Positions 1-44,984 of a stretch of DNA of 64,000 nt are shown here, in pieces. This DNA comes from Chrysomallon squamiferum (lineage: Eukaryota > Animalia > Mollusca). The notes beneath the pieces are model-generated. The model worked only from the letters and a program-made list of their open reading frames with translations, did no database searches and was not told where the DNA came from. Numbering within the stretch: position 1 is the stretch's first letter; every line of letters begins with the position of its first letter. Position numbers and translations under genes: made by a program. The stretch is taken from positions 12,214,001-12,278,000 of the forward strand of contig CM022673.1 in assembly GCA_012295275.1 (NCBI GenBank), written 5' to 3'.

Positions 1-673
1 AACAGGATTTTTATTATTTTTTATTATTTTTTAACCTGCACACAAAAGTACACACACTCCATTTAGCAACAGAAAAGTAAAATAAAATTAGCAAGTCAAG
101 GTCTCTGTTAATGATTTTAATTAAACTGAAAGGCGTTTAATTCAAACTCAACAGCGGTCATTCGGAATATTAAAAGCCTGTTTTTAATATTGGTCACGAT
201 ATCGCAAGGATCTAATTAATAAATACAATTTGTTTCATGGAATCCATCTAGCTCGGTTGGTGCTTTTGAATTTTACAATTCGTTGTTCGTCAATATTTAA
301 ATGAAAATTGCGTCCGACAGCAAACTGAGGGTAATTAATAAAGATAGGATGAAATACATGGAGTTCTCGTTAGTTTTATGCAGCAATAATGACGATATTT
401 ATAGCTATTTAATGAATACTGGAAACAAAATAATGTGGACAAATGTACGATAGTATTCGGAGTGTTTCACAAAGAACGCAATATGTGTATATTGCTTATT
501 ATATCTGTTGCTACTAATACACAGCTCACACAACTATATGAAGCCGTGCTAAAATCTCATGAATGGTTTATTCTTATTTTGGTTCAGTGATTTATATCAT
601 ATTGCAGTAGAATAACAGGAACATGCAAACGATGAAATGATAGCAGCAAAATAATTACAACAACAGTAATAAA

Positions 674-705
<32 letters not shown>

Positions 706-1379
706 TCAACAACAACAACAACGATAACCACAGTGATAACAATAATAGCAATAATAATAACAGAGAGAACTACAAAAATAACTAAATAACGACAACGACA
801 ACAACAATAATAATAGCAACAAAAACAAAATAAATAATTAATAATTAAATAAATAAATAAAATAAAATAAAATAAACAAACTAACATACACACGCCATTC
901 ATAGTTACACCTCCCACACGAACTAGTATTTATTCAAAGTGTATGCTCAGTGAACAAGCTTCTTCTTTTATATGTTGTTCAATCGATACAGGTAGAAAGA
1001 CACACACACACACACACTTACATACAAACACACACAGACACAAATACACACATGATAAGGAATAAAAATTAACGGAAAAAAAGAAAGAAGAAAATCCCCA
1101 ATATTCGTCCATTATGGAGGGGCACATTGTGGCACGTTCTGATGTTTGCTCGGTACATGTAAAATAGGACGAAAGCTTGGTTGGCTAGCCGATTATATGA
1201 ACAAAAGCCCAAAGTCGAAAATAACATTAACGTTGTCAATTCAAGATCTTAATATTGTTAATAAAGAGACAAACATTCATTCTAAATAATAGGTCTGACA
1301 AATGCACGTCGGTTGCTTTTTCTAACACGTGTTACTGAAACATTGGTAATTACTTCTACAAAGTCTGCTAGAGCAGAAA

Positions 1380-1404
1380 GTCACGTGACATATCTCTATA
1401 AAAG
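1380..1404 (+). promoter_or_regulatory. Candidate core promoter of the CEMIP-like gene: palindromic E-box GTCACGTGAC (CLEAR/USF type) followed by TATA box TATAAAAG
   Basis: GTCACGTGAC at 1380-1389 and TATAAAAG at 1397-1404, about 150 nt upstream of ATG 1551. Motif match only. Confidence 0.5.
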
Positions 1405-1550
1405 AAGAAGACGGAAATAAAAAAATTCACAATTACTTCAGATATATTCTTTCCTGTATTTATTTATTTACTGAGGTTTTTAATATTTTATTTGAATGGT
1501 TGCTTTATATATATTATTCTAAAAAGGTACGTTTATCGTACATTTCTAAA

Positions 1551-20727
<19,177 letters not shown>

Positions 20728-21482
20728 ATTTTTTGTTATTATCAATAGATGTCCATAGATATTTATATACTGAAGTAACTATTGTAATTTTTGTTTATTC
20801 CAAACATGATCTGCAATAAAAAATATTTCATTGTAAAGTTTGTTTCGTTATCTTTATACTTGTGTTAATTCGTAAAGATAGTTTTAATAAACGTACTGAT
20901 CTTGATCTCTGTTAAATTAGAATGATCTAAAACAGATGAATGAAAGAATGAATAAACACCGCTATATAGAATACTTTGGTCATATTATTTATATTACAAG
21001 AAATTATTATTTCATTCAAAGTTTTATGTTTTACAAAGATTCATGCATAATTTGTTTAATTTTGAAATCATACCTGCATAATTAAATAAATAAATAAGTA
21101 AATAAATAAATAAAATAAATTGTATTAATAGTAAAAGCACAGCAGTGACAAAAGTACTAGCAATAATAATGATAATAATAATGATCATGATGATGATTAT
21201 GATGATCAAGATGATGACTACGATAATGTGTAATCACTTTTTCTCGACAATTAATCAAATAGGTTTGCTTGTTAAATGATTATTTATTTGTTTGTTATTC
21301 TGCTTATCATTAATTCGTCACGTATCCTAGCAACCAGTGCAAATATTTCACGGCTTATTTACGTTTTACTGTTAATTCTTGTTATTATAACGTTGTAAAA
21401 CTATGGTTTCTCGTTGTTCGTTGTAGAAGATAGCTTACAGTTTGATTTTTAAACTATTTGGCTGTCAAACAGAGACATTGAG

Positions 21483-32711
<11,229 letters not shown>

Positions 32712-34392
32712 ACTATGATTTCTGAGTATTACACTTCTTAACGTTTCTTAATTATTTACACTGAAAGATTACCTTTGTTTTTAATGATGTTGTTTTTTTA
32801 TTATTACGTGTTACATGTATTATGAATTTTTACGATGATTATTTATATATGTATTTATTGCACAGGTCTTTGCATTACTTTTAATTAAATGTTTGACTTT
32901 TCAAAAGTTAGCTTCTTGTTTTATATGTTAAGCTTATTAAATACCTTACATTTTGTATGTAGATTATTAAAACAATAAATTCTAAATAAATAAATAAGTA
33001 AATAAAACTAAACTTGTAAATCCTAATTACTACAACATTTTGACCTGGTGTCAGCTGCTGGTATTCGTAGGTTACGTCGCGGGATAATGGTTATGACGTC
33101 ATAATGCTGCAAACTTTGACCTCCTTAAGCTACCTTAACGTTACTTAAAAATGCGTTGCTCAGGCGTTTGACTCTTGTTACTAAGAGCAAATGTTTGATG
33201 ATGCAAGAAGACTTAAAACAGGTAAATATTTATGTATTACAACTGGATAAGATTAAACAAAAACGTTATGGTAATTCTTATAAACTGGCTCTTTCCTAAT
33301 TGATATTAATTATTTTGATAAATTGAAAACGTAACACTTACAATCTAACAGCTGATTTGTATTATTTATTGTTATTCGAAAATACTCTATAAAATTAAAA
33401 GCTTAATATTAATAAATCGTTATAATGACTATTAATATTTACTTGTTTCCAGCATGTATTTTATTTTCGATATATTTTGGCTATATGTAGTATTACTGCG
33501 TATTGTAAGCTCACAATAATTTTTCAAAGAAAAAAAAAAAAGAAAGAATTAAATAAAATGGTGTAAATTAAAAATCTTTTTATTAAACTTACGGAATAAT
33601 AATAATAATAATAAACTGTTGATGTAAATACGCAAATAATAGCACATAACCTTTCACTGCTATTTCTATGAAATTTATAGCAGTTCTTTTCGTTGTTTGT
33701 ATGTGTATATATGTGTGTTTCTTGTTGATGCTGTTTATTTAAAATCTTTAATAAATAACAACACGGTTTCGAAATTTCAAAACACTTCCTTTATTTCAAT
33801 GTAAGTAAAATATATAAAAATATACATATATTTGTAAACTGTTGCATGTAAAGTTCGCTGGTTTTAATTATAACATACAGATCAAGGCAGTACATTGTTA
33901 ACAAGTATTAATACTAAATGGGAAGGATTGATTAAATATTAAATAAAACTAAAAGAAACAAAGACGCTACATATGCTGGTTAATTGAAAGCATCAAGGCG
34001 AGATTTTGAATATGGCTGCGCCCTGACAATGGAAAGCTTTAGAGGCCAAACATAGGTGAATTGTTATCGTCACTAAGATTTGCGCAATGAGTCAACAAAT
34101 TTTAAACATTATTGTAACCTTTTTAGTATATGTCAAAATCCAAGCCCTGAAAATACCAAATATAATTTATTTGAATCACAATTCATAACTTTTGAAAGGC
34201 ATTAATTTTGTTACCAGCCAATCGAAACAGACGTCTGCCATTTTTGATACACAAGATAGTAATTAAAAGATAAAATAGCAGATAGTGAAAGTAGCAGTAC
34301 TAGGACTAGTAGAAGTAATAGTAATGATAACAATAAACATATACTTGTTATTAAAAAATCCTAAAATATTTAATTAGTATCTGAGACTGTTG

Positions 34393-34434
<42 letters not shown>

Positions 34435-35698
34435 TTTCTAATGCATACTTTTAAAAATGGGGATTTCACGTTTACTAAATGATCTCACCTTTTTTTTTGC
34501 CATTCTCCTCCCATCCCATTATCTTCATACATTGTTTTATCACAAAAAGCAAAAGCAAAAAAATGACTAGTCCTAAACTATAACACTAATTTTGTGACTA
34601 GACTACGTAATCACAAATACTTAAAAATTACTAGTTGACACAAACAAGACAAAAATTGTAAAATGATTTCACTCGGTTTTTACAAGCATATATAAAAACA
34701 AGATGCGTCTCTGGAATTCTAATATAAGACCTGAATTAAATTAAAATATAAAACTAAAAACCGGTGTAGTTATGTGAAACTATCTGAAGAGTTATAGCAA
34801 TAATACTGTTTGCAAAACACAATATTACAAATAGTTATACTATTAAAAACAAATAAAATAACAACGTTTTATATTACAATTAAGTGGAATAGTTTAAAAT
34901 ATATATCAGAATATAAACAAATACAAATTTCTTTAAAATATCCAAGTAAATATTAAATATTGCAAAAAATACCCAAACAAAAGAGAAGACACAACATTAA
35001 ATAAATAAATATATATTTTAAAATTAAAATTATATAGTTTCTCTACAACTACTTTAACATTATCATTAAAATATAACTGAGCAATTTATTGTTATCTCTA
35101 TAACATCACAAGTAAAATAACATTTTAATGTTCTTTGATGTTTTCTCTTCAAGTTAAAAAATACATATATATTAAACATAATCTCATAAAATTTCATATT
35201 CTAAAATTAAATATTATTTGATACTCGTATTCCATTCAATAAAAATATTCTGAATAAATACCAGCAAAAACGTTCATTAAATTAGCATCTACCTTCTTCA
35301 TAAGAAATATAACTTTTTATATTGGCGCTGTTGATTTAAAAAAAAAAATTATTTTAAAAAAGGAAAAACATTTTTCAGATATTTAACTGCTAATAATACA
35401 GCATCTACTTTGTATAGATATACTTACACTCTTACCAGTTCTGAGCAGAACTCTGGTAACAGGTCAAAGGTCATAAATATAAAAGTGATCTGATAATAAT
35501 ATTACACAGTACACTTTGGGTTTATATATAGTGAAGTCAGAAATTTTTGACCCATCAAGATACACGTAACCCTTGACATTTCTCTATCTTCTTAAGAAAC
35601 AGGGATTCAAAAGTAAAAATAATATTAAACTTCTGTCAAAGTAGAATGATACAGCATGTTGTGTACATTTTACTTTTAAACCGTTATTAAAGATGATC

Positions 35699-36518
35699 TT
35701 AAATCTCTGTGGATTTAGTGTCGTCTCTGAGTTCTTTTAAGAAAGGAAGCAAATCTGTCAAAAAAAAAAAGGTAATAATCATAATTATTAAATTAAAAAA
35801 AAAGTGTAGATAATAGTAATGTGAAGAACAATTTTAAATTTTTTTAAATCCAGATTCATTAATTTATATAATATTTTAAATTACCGTATAATCTTAATTT
35901 AGTATTATTATTATTATTATTTTTTTTTTTTTAATTTCTTGGAAAAATAAAAATTAAATTTTAAAAGTTAAAACACACTCATAATAATTTGTATACTCAA
36001 ATATGCACATGTAGTCATGTTCATACACACAGATTCACACACAACAAATGTACAACTTCAGGCTAAAGCAAACACAAACCTGTCCCTCCTGTGCCTTTCT
36101 TAGACACTGCTTCAAATTTATCACTTCTGTTCTTTTTGTTTGACATAATTACAATGTACCTGAAAAAAAAAAAAAAAAAAAAAAAAAATTATAATGAAAT
36201 TTAAATCCTATTTTAAAAGTGAACAGTTATTTATTTGATGACATCACATAGGGTATCTTTACTGCACATTTCACAACATATGTTTTTATTTATCTCTCTC
36301 TCACACTCACATATATGTGTGTATTTTGCAGCACGTTGTTTTATTTTTAATCTCAGTCTCTCTCATACACAAACACACACACATATATATATGTATATAT
36401 GAATGATGGTCTAAACACAGCTTAGTATCTTGAATTTATTTATCCATGAGAAAAACAGTTATTTTGCAAAATACGTTTTATGCATATGCTTTTTTTTCTC
36501 TCTCTCTGTCTCTCTCAA

Positions 36519-36570
<52 letters not shown>

Positions 36571-38360
36571 AGACACACACACATTATAATATCATATGTA
36601 TGACTAGCAAGCTGAATTTATTTATCCAGGAGAAATAAAAAATAATAAAAATAAAAATAAAACTAACTGCAGCAATACTTGGTAACTAGCTGGATGTGGT
36701 AATAAATCTGAAATAAACAAATGAGACTGCAAACAAACAAACAAACAAACAAATAAACAAACAAACAACAAATAAACAATCAAACTGCTTGTCTTCTTCA
36801 CTGTAATAAATAAACAAACAAATAAACAAACAAACAAATAAACAAACAAACAAACAAACAAACAAACAAACAAATAAACATAAAACAAATAAATAAATAC
36901 ATAAAATAAGTAAGGAAGTCAGTAAAAAAAAAAAAATAATGAATAAATAACTGAAATAGGTAAACAAGTAAATAAATTTATAAACAAATAGGTAAATAAA
37001 TAAATAAAATAAATAAATAATTGAAATAAGTAAACAATAACAATAATTATGACACCAATGATATTGTAACACTGATGATGATAATAGCAATAATTACGAC
37101 AACAATAACAATAAGAATATAATTTTGATAATGATGGTGATGATGATGATGATTATTTTTTTAAAGTTAATAATTTATTAAATAAACTTTCACTCACCAA
37201 GATTTCTCACAGAAAAATCACAGTGTTCAATATCCTCAATAAGTTTACAGTGAACTGGAGGCATGTACTCTCTCATGTTATTGAGAAAGAGTTTTTTATC
37301 TGTAAAAAGTAAATAAATAAATAAATAAATAAATACATACATAAATAGGAGGGAATATCAAAAAATTAATAAATAAATCAGTATATAAAAAAGTAAATAA
37401 ATTAATAAATAAATAAGTATATACAGAGTGAATAAACAATTATATAAAGAAATAAAGAAATAAATACATCAGTAAATAAAAAAAAAAAAAAATAGATAGT
37501 AAATAAGTAAATAAATAAGCCAAAAAAAAAAAAAAAAAAAAAAAAAAAATGAAAGAAAAAATGAGATGTAAATAAAGAAACAAACAAATGGAAAATTAAG
37601 GTAAATAATGATTACTCAGCTCAATAATGATCAGTAGAAAACCCTCATTTGATGAGTTATGAGTTGTACAAATTGATTAAAAAAAAAAAAATACGAAAAA
37701 AAAAAAAAAATAATAATAATAATAATAATGTAAAATACCCTAATTTAAAAAAACAATGAGTTGTAATAATAAATAAAATAAAAATAACAACAACAGTAAT
37801 AATAATAATAATAATCTAAATAGAATCTAATTTTTATTTTTAACTTACTAATTACCTGGTTTGTGCTCTATTCCCAGTAAACTATCAAGTAACTGAAGAG
37901 TTGAACTCTGAGCTGCACTGCCTCCATAAAGCTACAGTTATGACCAGAAATTATAGTATTTCAATTTAAATACAAGTGAAGGAACTAATAAATTATGGAA
38001 GTAAGTGAATGAATGTAATTAGTGATCCTGTTAAGACATTATAATAATAACGATGAATCGTGTGTTAGACTAACATATGTGAACCTCATGACCCCATACA
38101 ATGATTAGAAGCAAGAAATTTTGAATAAAATGGAACAACTTAGCATGCAAGAGATTTCTTTTTTAAATTTATTCTACTGTGCTACTTTATTGTTAACAAA
38201 CGTCGGTATTAATGCACATAAAATAATCAAAGGGAAAATATGAGATATTAAAAGACAGTCACAGTATGTCTCACCTTTACAGGGTCATCTGAAATTCCTT
38301 CATAAATCAGCCCTGATGGAAGTGGGTTCCCCTCTCCTCCCCATCTGTAAGTATAAAAAA

Positions 38361-38393
<33 letters not shown>

Positions 38394-40127
38394 AAATAAA
38401 ATAAAAATAAAATAAAATGATGATATAATTCATTAACAGAATTTTCAGAAAAAATAAATTACTTAAAGTTTCATGAGTTAGTAATACCATTCCATTTATC
38501 TGATTAAAAGTAAAGCAGTTTTATAAATGTATTGATTTATATCTGCTACATATTATTTAATTCACTGCTTTCCATTGTTCATTACATATTTTAAGCATCA
38601 AACTTTAGGCCAGGAAAACTGAAAAATCCAGAAATCCAGACTTGTTGGATAAACAGTCCGATAACTAGTATTATGATCATGATTAAAAATATGTGTAGGT
38701 TTTCTATCTAAAACATTGATAGTATTTTAGAGAATTAATTAAATGAAGACAAACACAACATACCCACTTAGAAATGGTCTCAGAACATTGTAAAAGGTAT
38801 CTGCAGAAAGCTTTTCTATAAACAAATATATAAAAAATAAATAAGTAAAAACTGTTTGATTTAATTTCTAATTTTTAACCCATTGTTTTATTTTTGTACA
38901 TTTGATCTAGTATTTCTAAAAATTATTATCCATAAAAAGTATAAGATATTTTCATAATTTAAAATATTTATCATATATATATATTATTATTAATATTAAA
39001 CATGTATGGCATTAATGCCTTTGTCTGTCAAGACATTTTTACATGTAAACACAATGACAGTGTTTTGCCTTTAAAGATAATTATTAAATTAAGGGTTTTT
39101 TATATTTTCTTTATTAATATTTAATTTATATAGTAAAACATGGTAAAATAAAGATTTTTTTGCTTATGAATATGTTTTTAAATGTATTATAAATGACAGC
39201 TTTGTGTTTGCAAGTTTAATTTAAAAATGACTGGTAGTATTTTACAGTACCATGCATTCTATGAAGAGCTTTCTTCATTTTCTCCACAGTATCAGTTATC
39301 TGAATCAAAGCATTGGCCACTTTGATATCATCTTCCTCATAACTTCCATCAAGGGCATCCTGTATAGGCTGAAATTTCCAGAAATGTTTTTTAAGTATGT
39401 TGTTACTATTATCATTATTAACACCATTACTACTACAATTATTGTTATAAATATCTTAAATATATTGGTGAGTATATAATTATGTATATATTTTTAATTA
39501 GGAAATGTTATTTGTTTTCCTATTATTTTATTTTTATTTTTGAACCAGTTAATATATCAGAAAAGTGTAAAATAATCTGAATAAGCATAAACTGAATTAT
39601 ATTTTTATCATATTTTCATATTTCATTAGATTGATAATTTTTCATGTACTTATTTCAAACACAGCTTGATGGTTCCAGCTAAAAATTATGGTTCTAATTC
39701 AGAATTCTCAACTATTTATTTGATTTTTTTCTGAAACAATAGCCATCCTCCCTCTGTTTTGTTTGTTGGAATTATGTTAAGGATTATACCTATTATTATA
39801 ATTACTACATTACAACTGAAAATTAAAATAAATAAATAAATAAAGTAATTAAATAATAAATTAGAAATAAATAATAAAAATATTGTTTGTAAAAGTCACT
39901 AATAGTTCAATTTCTGGATTGGTGTTAATTATAAAAATTAATCCTCTTAGAGTAGAAACTTGATAAAACTGATAATAACAAAATCAGAATTAACATAAAT
40001 TTTTTGTTTACCCCCAAAGCCTCAGCAAATGTGAATTCTATCATACAGGTGGCCACGCAAAACCAGTCACACGCTTCTCCACCCGGAAAAATGTACAGTG
40101 AAGAAAGATTTCTGAAAACAACATCCA

Positions 40128-40190
<63 letters not shown>

Positions 40191-43100
40191 GTAAAAAATA
40201 ATAATAACAACAATAATGATGATGATAAAAAATTGATAATAATAATAGTAATAATAATAATAATGTTGTTATTATTATTATATTTTTAACATTGCTTTTT
40301 CTAAAATGAATTTTGTTATTCCTTTAGTCATAAATATAAAACACAATCATTTTACATATAATGTTATTATAAATATTTAATTTGTATTATTTCTTGTAAT
40401 AAAAAAAGCAAGTAGTTTAAAATTTTATATTTACGAATGTTTGTGGAGTAGCTGAAAAAGATTAAACTGAATGAAAGAGTTAACTTACTCATGTGAAATA
40501 GGTCTGAAAAAGAATTAAAAAAAAATCCTTTAATATATTAAACACCAATTATTATAAATTTATGTCACATAAATATTTATGAATTAAATAAATAATAAAT
40601 TGTAAATTTTAATTTTTCTACGAACACATAATTATGAATGCAATCACTGTGGAAAATAATACATAAAGATAAGCATTATTAAAAAAGAATAACTTTTTGT
40701 AGTTATATGATTATACATACTGACTAAATATGATTATACATACTGACTAAATATGACTATACATACTGACCAAATATGATTATACATATTGTCTAAATAT
40801 GATTATATGTACTGACTAAATATGACTATACATACATAATAAATATGACTATATATAATTATACACTTGACTATATATGACTAAACTGACTCAGTATGAT
40901 CATACACATGACTACACATACTGACTATATATGACTATACATACTGGCTTGGATCTTTAAATTTCCAGTTTGCAAGACAAAATGATGCATGTCCAATGAT
41001 GGGCTTCAGTCCAAGCTTTTCTGATATTTTCCACCAAGGAATTGCAATACAGGCAGGTAAGCTCTGAAAACCATGAATCTTTTTATTAACACATTTTAAA
41101 ACCAGTCAAATATCTGAAAAAAAAACCACCCAGCAATAAACTAATAACAAAACAGAATGAAAATAAAAAGAAATAAGGAGGAACTGATAATAAAACACAG
41201 AGATATCCATCCAAATGTCCATCTGACTGGTCTCTGTCAGATGACACTTGGGCTAGACAAAACAGTGATTGATAGGGAAAAAAGGAGGCAATAATAATAA
41301 TACTAATAATAATTACAAGAAGAACAACACTATTTCAACTATTACGAATAATATTATAAAACCAAAAAAGGAAAGGAAGATGAAAAAATCTAATTTTTTT
41401 ATAATACATTTTCTTTGAACAAATGTAAAAAAAAAATTATATGTTAAAATAAATATTTTGTAACGATGATTTATCCGTTTTTCACTTTCTGTTTTACTAT
41501 CTATACCTTCTTCAGCTTCCACATTTTTGTATCTGCTTTCCATATTCTCTATTTTCACATCATTTTTCCTTTCATTCTGCTTTTTCAATCATCACTCTTT
41601 TATCTCTTCCTCTCACACAACACTTTTATTTGTCATTACTTTTCCATCAATCTTTCTATTTTCCTCTCCAGTACTCTGTCATTGTTTTCTGTGAGTCTTG
41701 TTGTCTCTTGTTTAAAATAAACTTCAAATGTTCTTACCTTGGGTACCCCTGCATCACCCTCTTGCCAGACATAACTTGAACCAATGATAGAGAGCTGAAT
41801 GTGAGCCAGTCTCCATTCTCTGTGCCCTCCAAGTCTGGTGTGGTCCAATACAGGAATCTGTAATTAAATATACACACGTGACTGAAATATAACTTTAGGA
41901 GAATGATAAGTGATTGGAACTGAAGTAAACAACACAGACTGAAAATCTAAAACATCCTTTTCTTTTTAGCTAAAACAAAATCTTTTTGTATTTATTAAAT
42001 ATTTGACATTTTAATTTTTTTCTGCAAGCATATGTAATTTTATTTTTATTTACAGAATTAAAAAGTTTAAGTGGAAACGTGTATTCATAAGTCAGAATAT
42101 TATAAAGCTGGGATTAGTTGTATATTAATAGGTTTTTGGGCCATGTTATGTTCATGATTCTCCAGATTCAGTTATTCTCATAACCTGGGTTTTTTCTGAT
42201 GTCATTAACACACATGACCTATCTCTCGCTGATAATATGAATTAAATGGCTGTGATAAAATAATAGGAGGAATAATAAATTCATCTTAGTTTATGTGATG
42301 ACAGATCTATAAAGTATTATTCTAAAATTAATTTTGAAAGTTTATTCATTAAGAAATTAAAGAAAAAGAAAAAAAAAATTACAAAGAAAGAAAGAAACCT
42401 TGAGACAAATGCATATTCAGTAATAATAAAAGTTTAATGTCAGACTTTAAATACAGAAAGAAAATGTTGGTAACAGTTATTATGTATTATTATAATTAAA
42501 TTTTTTGGTATTATTCTACTACTACTACTACTGCTTACTACTTATTATTATTATTATAATAAATTTTCTTTAAAGGTAAAAAGTGTGAAAGTCACCTTGT
42601 CGACTTGTTTTCGTAATGCATGTGATAACGTCAGTTCTGCTGCATTAGCAGAAAGATAATTCCAGTCATCAAAATATTCTGGGAGTTTCTCCTGTGTAAT
42701 AATAATAAATAAATTAAATACAGAACAGTATTATATGACTGTTAAAATATACTTTAAACTGTAAAACTGATAAATTTTAAAATAAGTGAAGAATTTTCAT
42801 TTTTATTTATTTTATTGTATTATATTATTATTATTTGATTATACTGTTTTAATTATTTCTTAAATAGATAATAACTGGTTAAGTAAAAAACACTTAAACA
42901 GTTTTTATTTGTTTCTGATTTCTGTCGATTTCACAGATTTAAAAGTTTAAAATGCTTTGACTGCATAATTATAATAATGAACCTGACGCGTATATCAAAT
43001 TACGTAACTTAGTTACGCTTTTATTTTAAGTATACGTTAACAATAAAAATTCAACATGGTTCTCCTTGATCCAGGAGGAAATCACTAAAGAAGAAGATAA

Positions 43101-43210
43101 AAGAAATAAAAAAAATGGAAACTAACCAGAGGTTCATCAAGTAAAAATCCCGTTCTTCTTGATACGTGGTACTTGTTCAGTTTGATCGACATACTTACTA
43201 CACTATTCAT
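35699..43210 (-). CDS. IDO: Indoleamine 2,3-dioxygenase family protein (IDO / molluscan IDO-like myoglobin clade); 14 exons; exon 12 disrupted in this sequence
   Basis: Minus-strand exons 43210-43127, 42691-42596, 41857-41738, 41063-40945, 40503-40489, 40111-40012, 39368-39251, 38815-38764, 38344-38275, 37931-37856, 37299-37198, 36800-36679 (corrupted), 36159-36080, 35754-35699. Motifs: YHVSRRTGFLL, RLAHIQLSII.SSYVWQEG, LGLKPII.H...LANW, FYNVLRPFLSGW, GLIYEG, GGSAAQSS, MREYMPP.H, YHIQLVTKYI, KGTGGTDLLPFLK.LRDDT. Confidence 0.93.
40705..40946 (+). repeat. 23-bp minisatellite (ATATGATTATACATACTGACTAA) in IDO intron 4
   Basis: About 9-10 copies, degenerating towards the exon 4 donor site. Confidence 0.85.
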
Positions 43211-44555
43211 GAACTGATAAGGTTTTCTATTACAGGGTCATAGTGATAACACAACACGGGAGAATACTCTATGTCTGTAAGTCATTTGACCTTGGTCTCA
43301 CATCATAGATTTTTTTCGAATCGAAAACGAAAACGAACATTCAGTGTAAATTGTTCATGGTAAATAATTTTTCTTCATTTTGCTTCAAACACGTAAGAAT
43401 TTTTAATTTTATGAATTTGTATTTAATAGCTTTTAATTTTACTGAAAAGGAAAAGAATGTGTTAGAAATAATTATATTCTAACCCAGTCTAAGGGAATAT
43501 AGATAAAATGGTAGTTTTGCGGTTGTGTTTCCGTGTGCACGTCAGTGCTTTCAAACCCTTTATGTCCTAAATATATTTACATTACTCAAGTGCCAAATGA
43601 AACAGTTACGTACAACGTAATATTTCCAAAACTGGAAATATGCTTTCCATTCAGTGATTAATATATTTAGGGGGTAAAAAATAAAAAATAAATGAAATAC
43701 ATATTTTAAAATCATAAGAAAAAATGAATGAATGAATAATAAAATTACCTGTTAACCAAGACACAAAACCCAGACATACCGCTATTTAGGTAAGATATTC
43801 TGTATGACGTTACGAGTCACAGTTTTGTTAACTATGTGATAATGTTAGAATTCTCAGCTAAGCAATGGAGGTAATTTTGTAAAGATATCAAATCTGGGTG
43901 CTATAAAAATGAAGCTAATTTTATGTTGAAGGATGTTAACACTATCGTTTGGGATTATTTTTCGTTTTAAATTCTAGATCAGTTCTTCCGATTTGTATGT
44001 ACATATACATGAGTGTTAGTGTGCAGTCGCACACACCCACTCGCACACACACATTATATATATGTGTGTTTGTGCGTATGTATACACACACACACAACTA
44101 AAGAAATCAGTATATAAATAAATAAATAAAAATTAAACTTAAAATGTACATGACAGTTTCCTTTTATTTAAGGTTTACGTTTCTGTCATAAATATACCGC
44201 AAAAACAGTTCAGTTGATAATAGAGTGTAATCTGTTTTAAGTAATACGTCAATCACATACATACATCTACTTACAGTTTTAATGTCGGAACGAAAAAAAA
44301 AAAAAAAGGTTCATAGAAACTGCACAAAATATTAATTATGATTACTATTGTCAACGTCACACTATATCAATTGACGACGTCATCTAAGTTATCGTAATCG
44401 TTATGTAAACAAACATTTTTTGTTATTATTATTATTTCATGTATTACCTCTGTGAAAAAGGGATATCCAATCGAAATCTTGTAAGTAGTTTATCATATAC
44501 CGAGTTTTAATAACCAACCTGACTCTCTCTGTGCCCCCTCCCTCCTCTGTCTCTT

Positions 44556-44614
<59 letters not shown>

Positions 44615-44923
44615 TAAATATCTTTACCTCCATCGCTGTTTTTATTCAGGATTTAAATAAGAACAGATAAGGTATGACTTACTGCCCTACAGATATTCAG
44701 TCTCCGTCAGAGTATCATTTTATTTGTTACTTCTACTCAGCCTTATTCTGTTACAACTACCATATTTAGAGACGAAGGTACGACTTCAAAAAAACACAGA
44801 AAAAACAACAACAACAAATGATCGTTATCGAAGTCTAGAATAAACGTTAAAGATGAAGAAAAAAAGAAATAGAAGAAAAAGAAGAAGAAGAAAACCAGTT
44901 ATTCAAACGTAAGGAAATAGATA

Positions 44924-44984
<61 letters not shown>

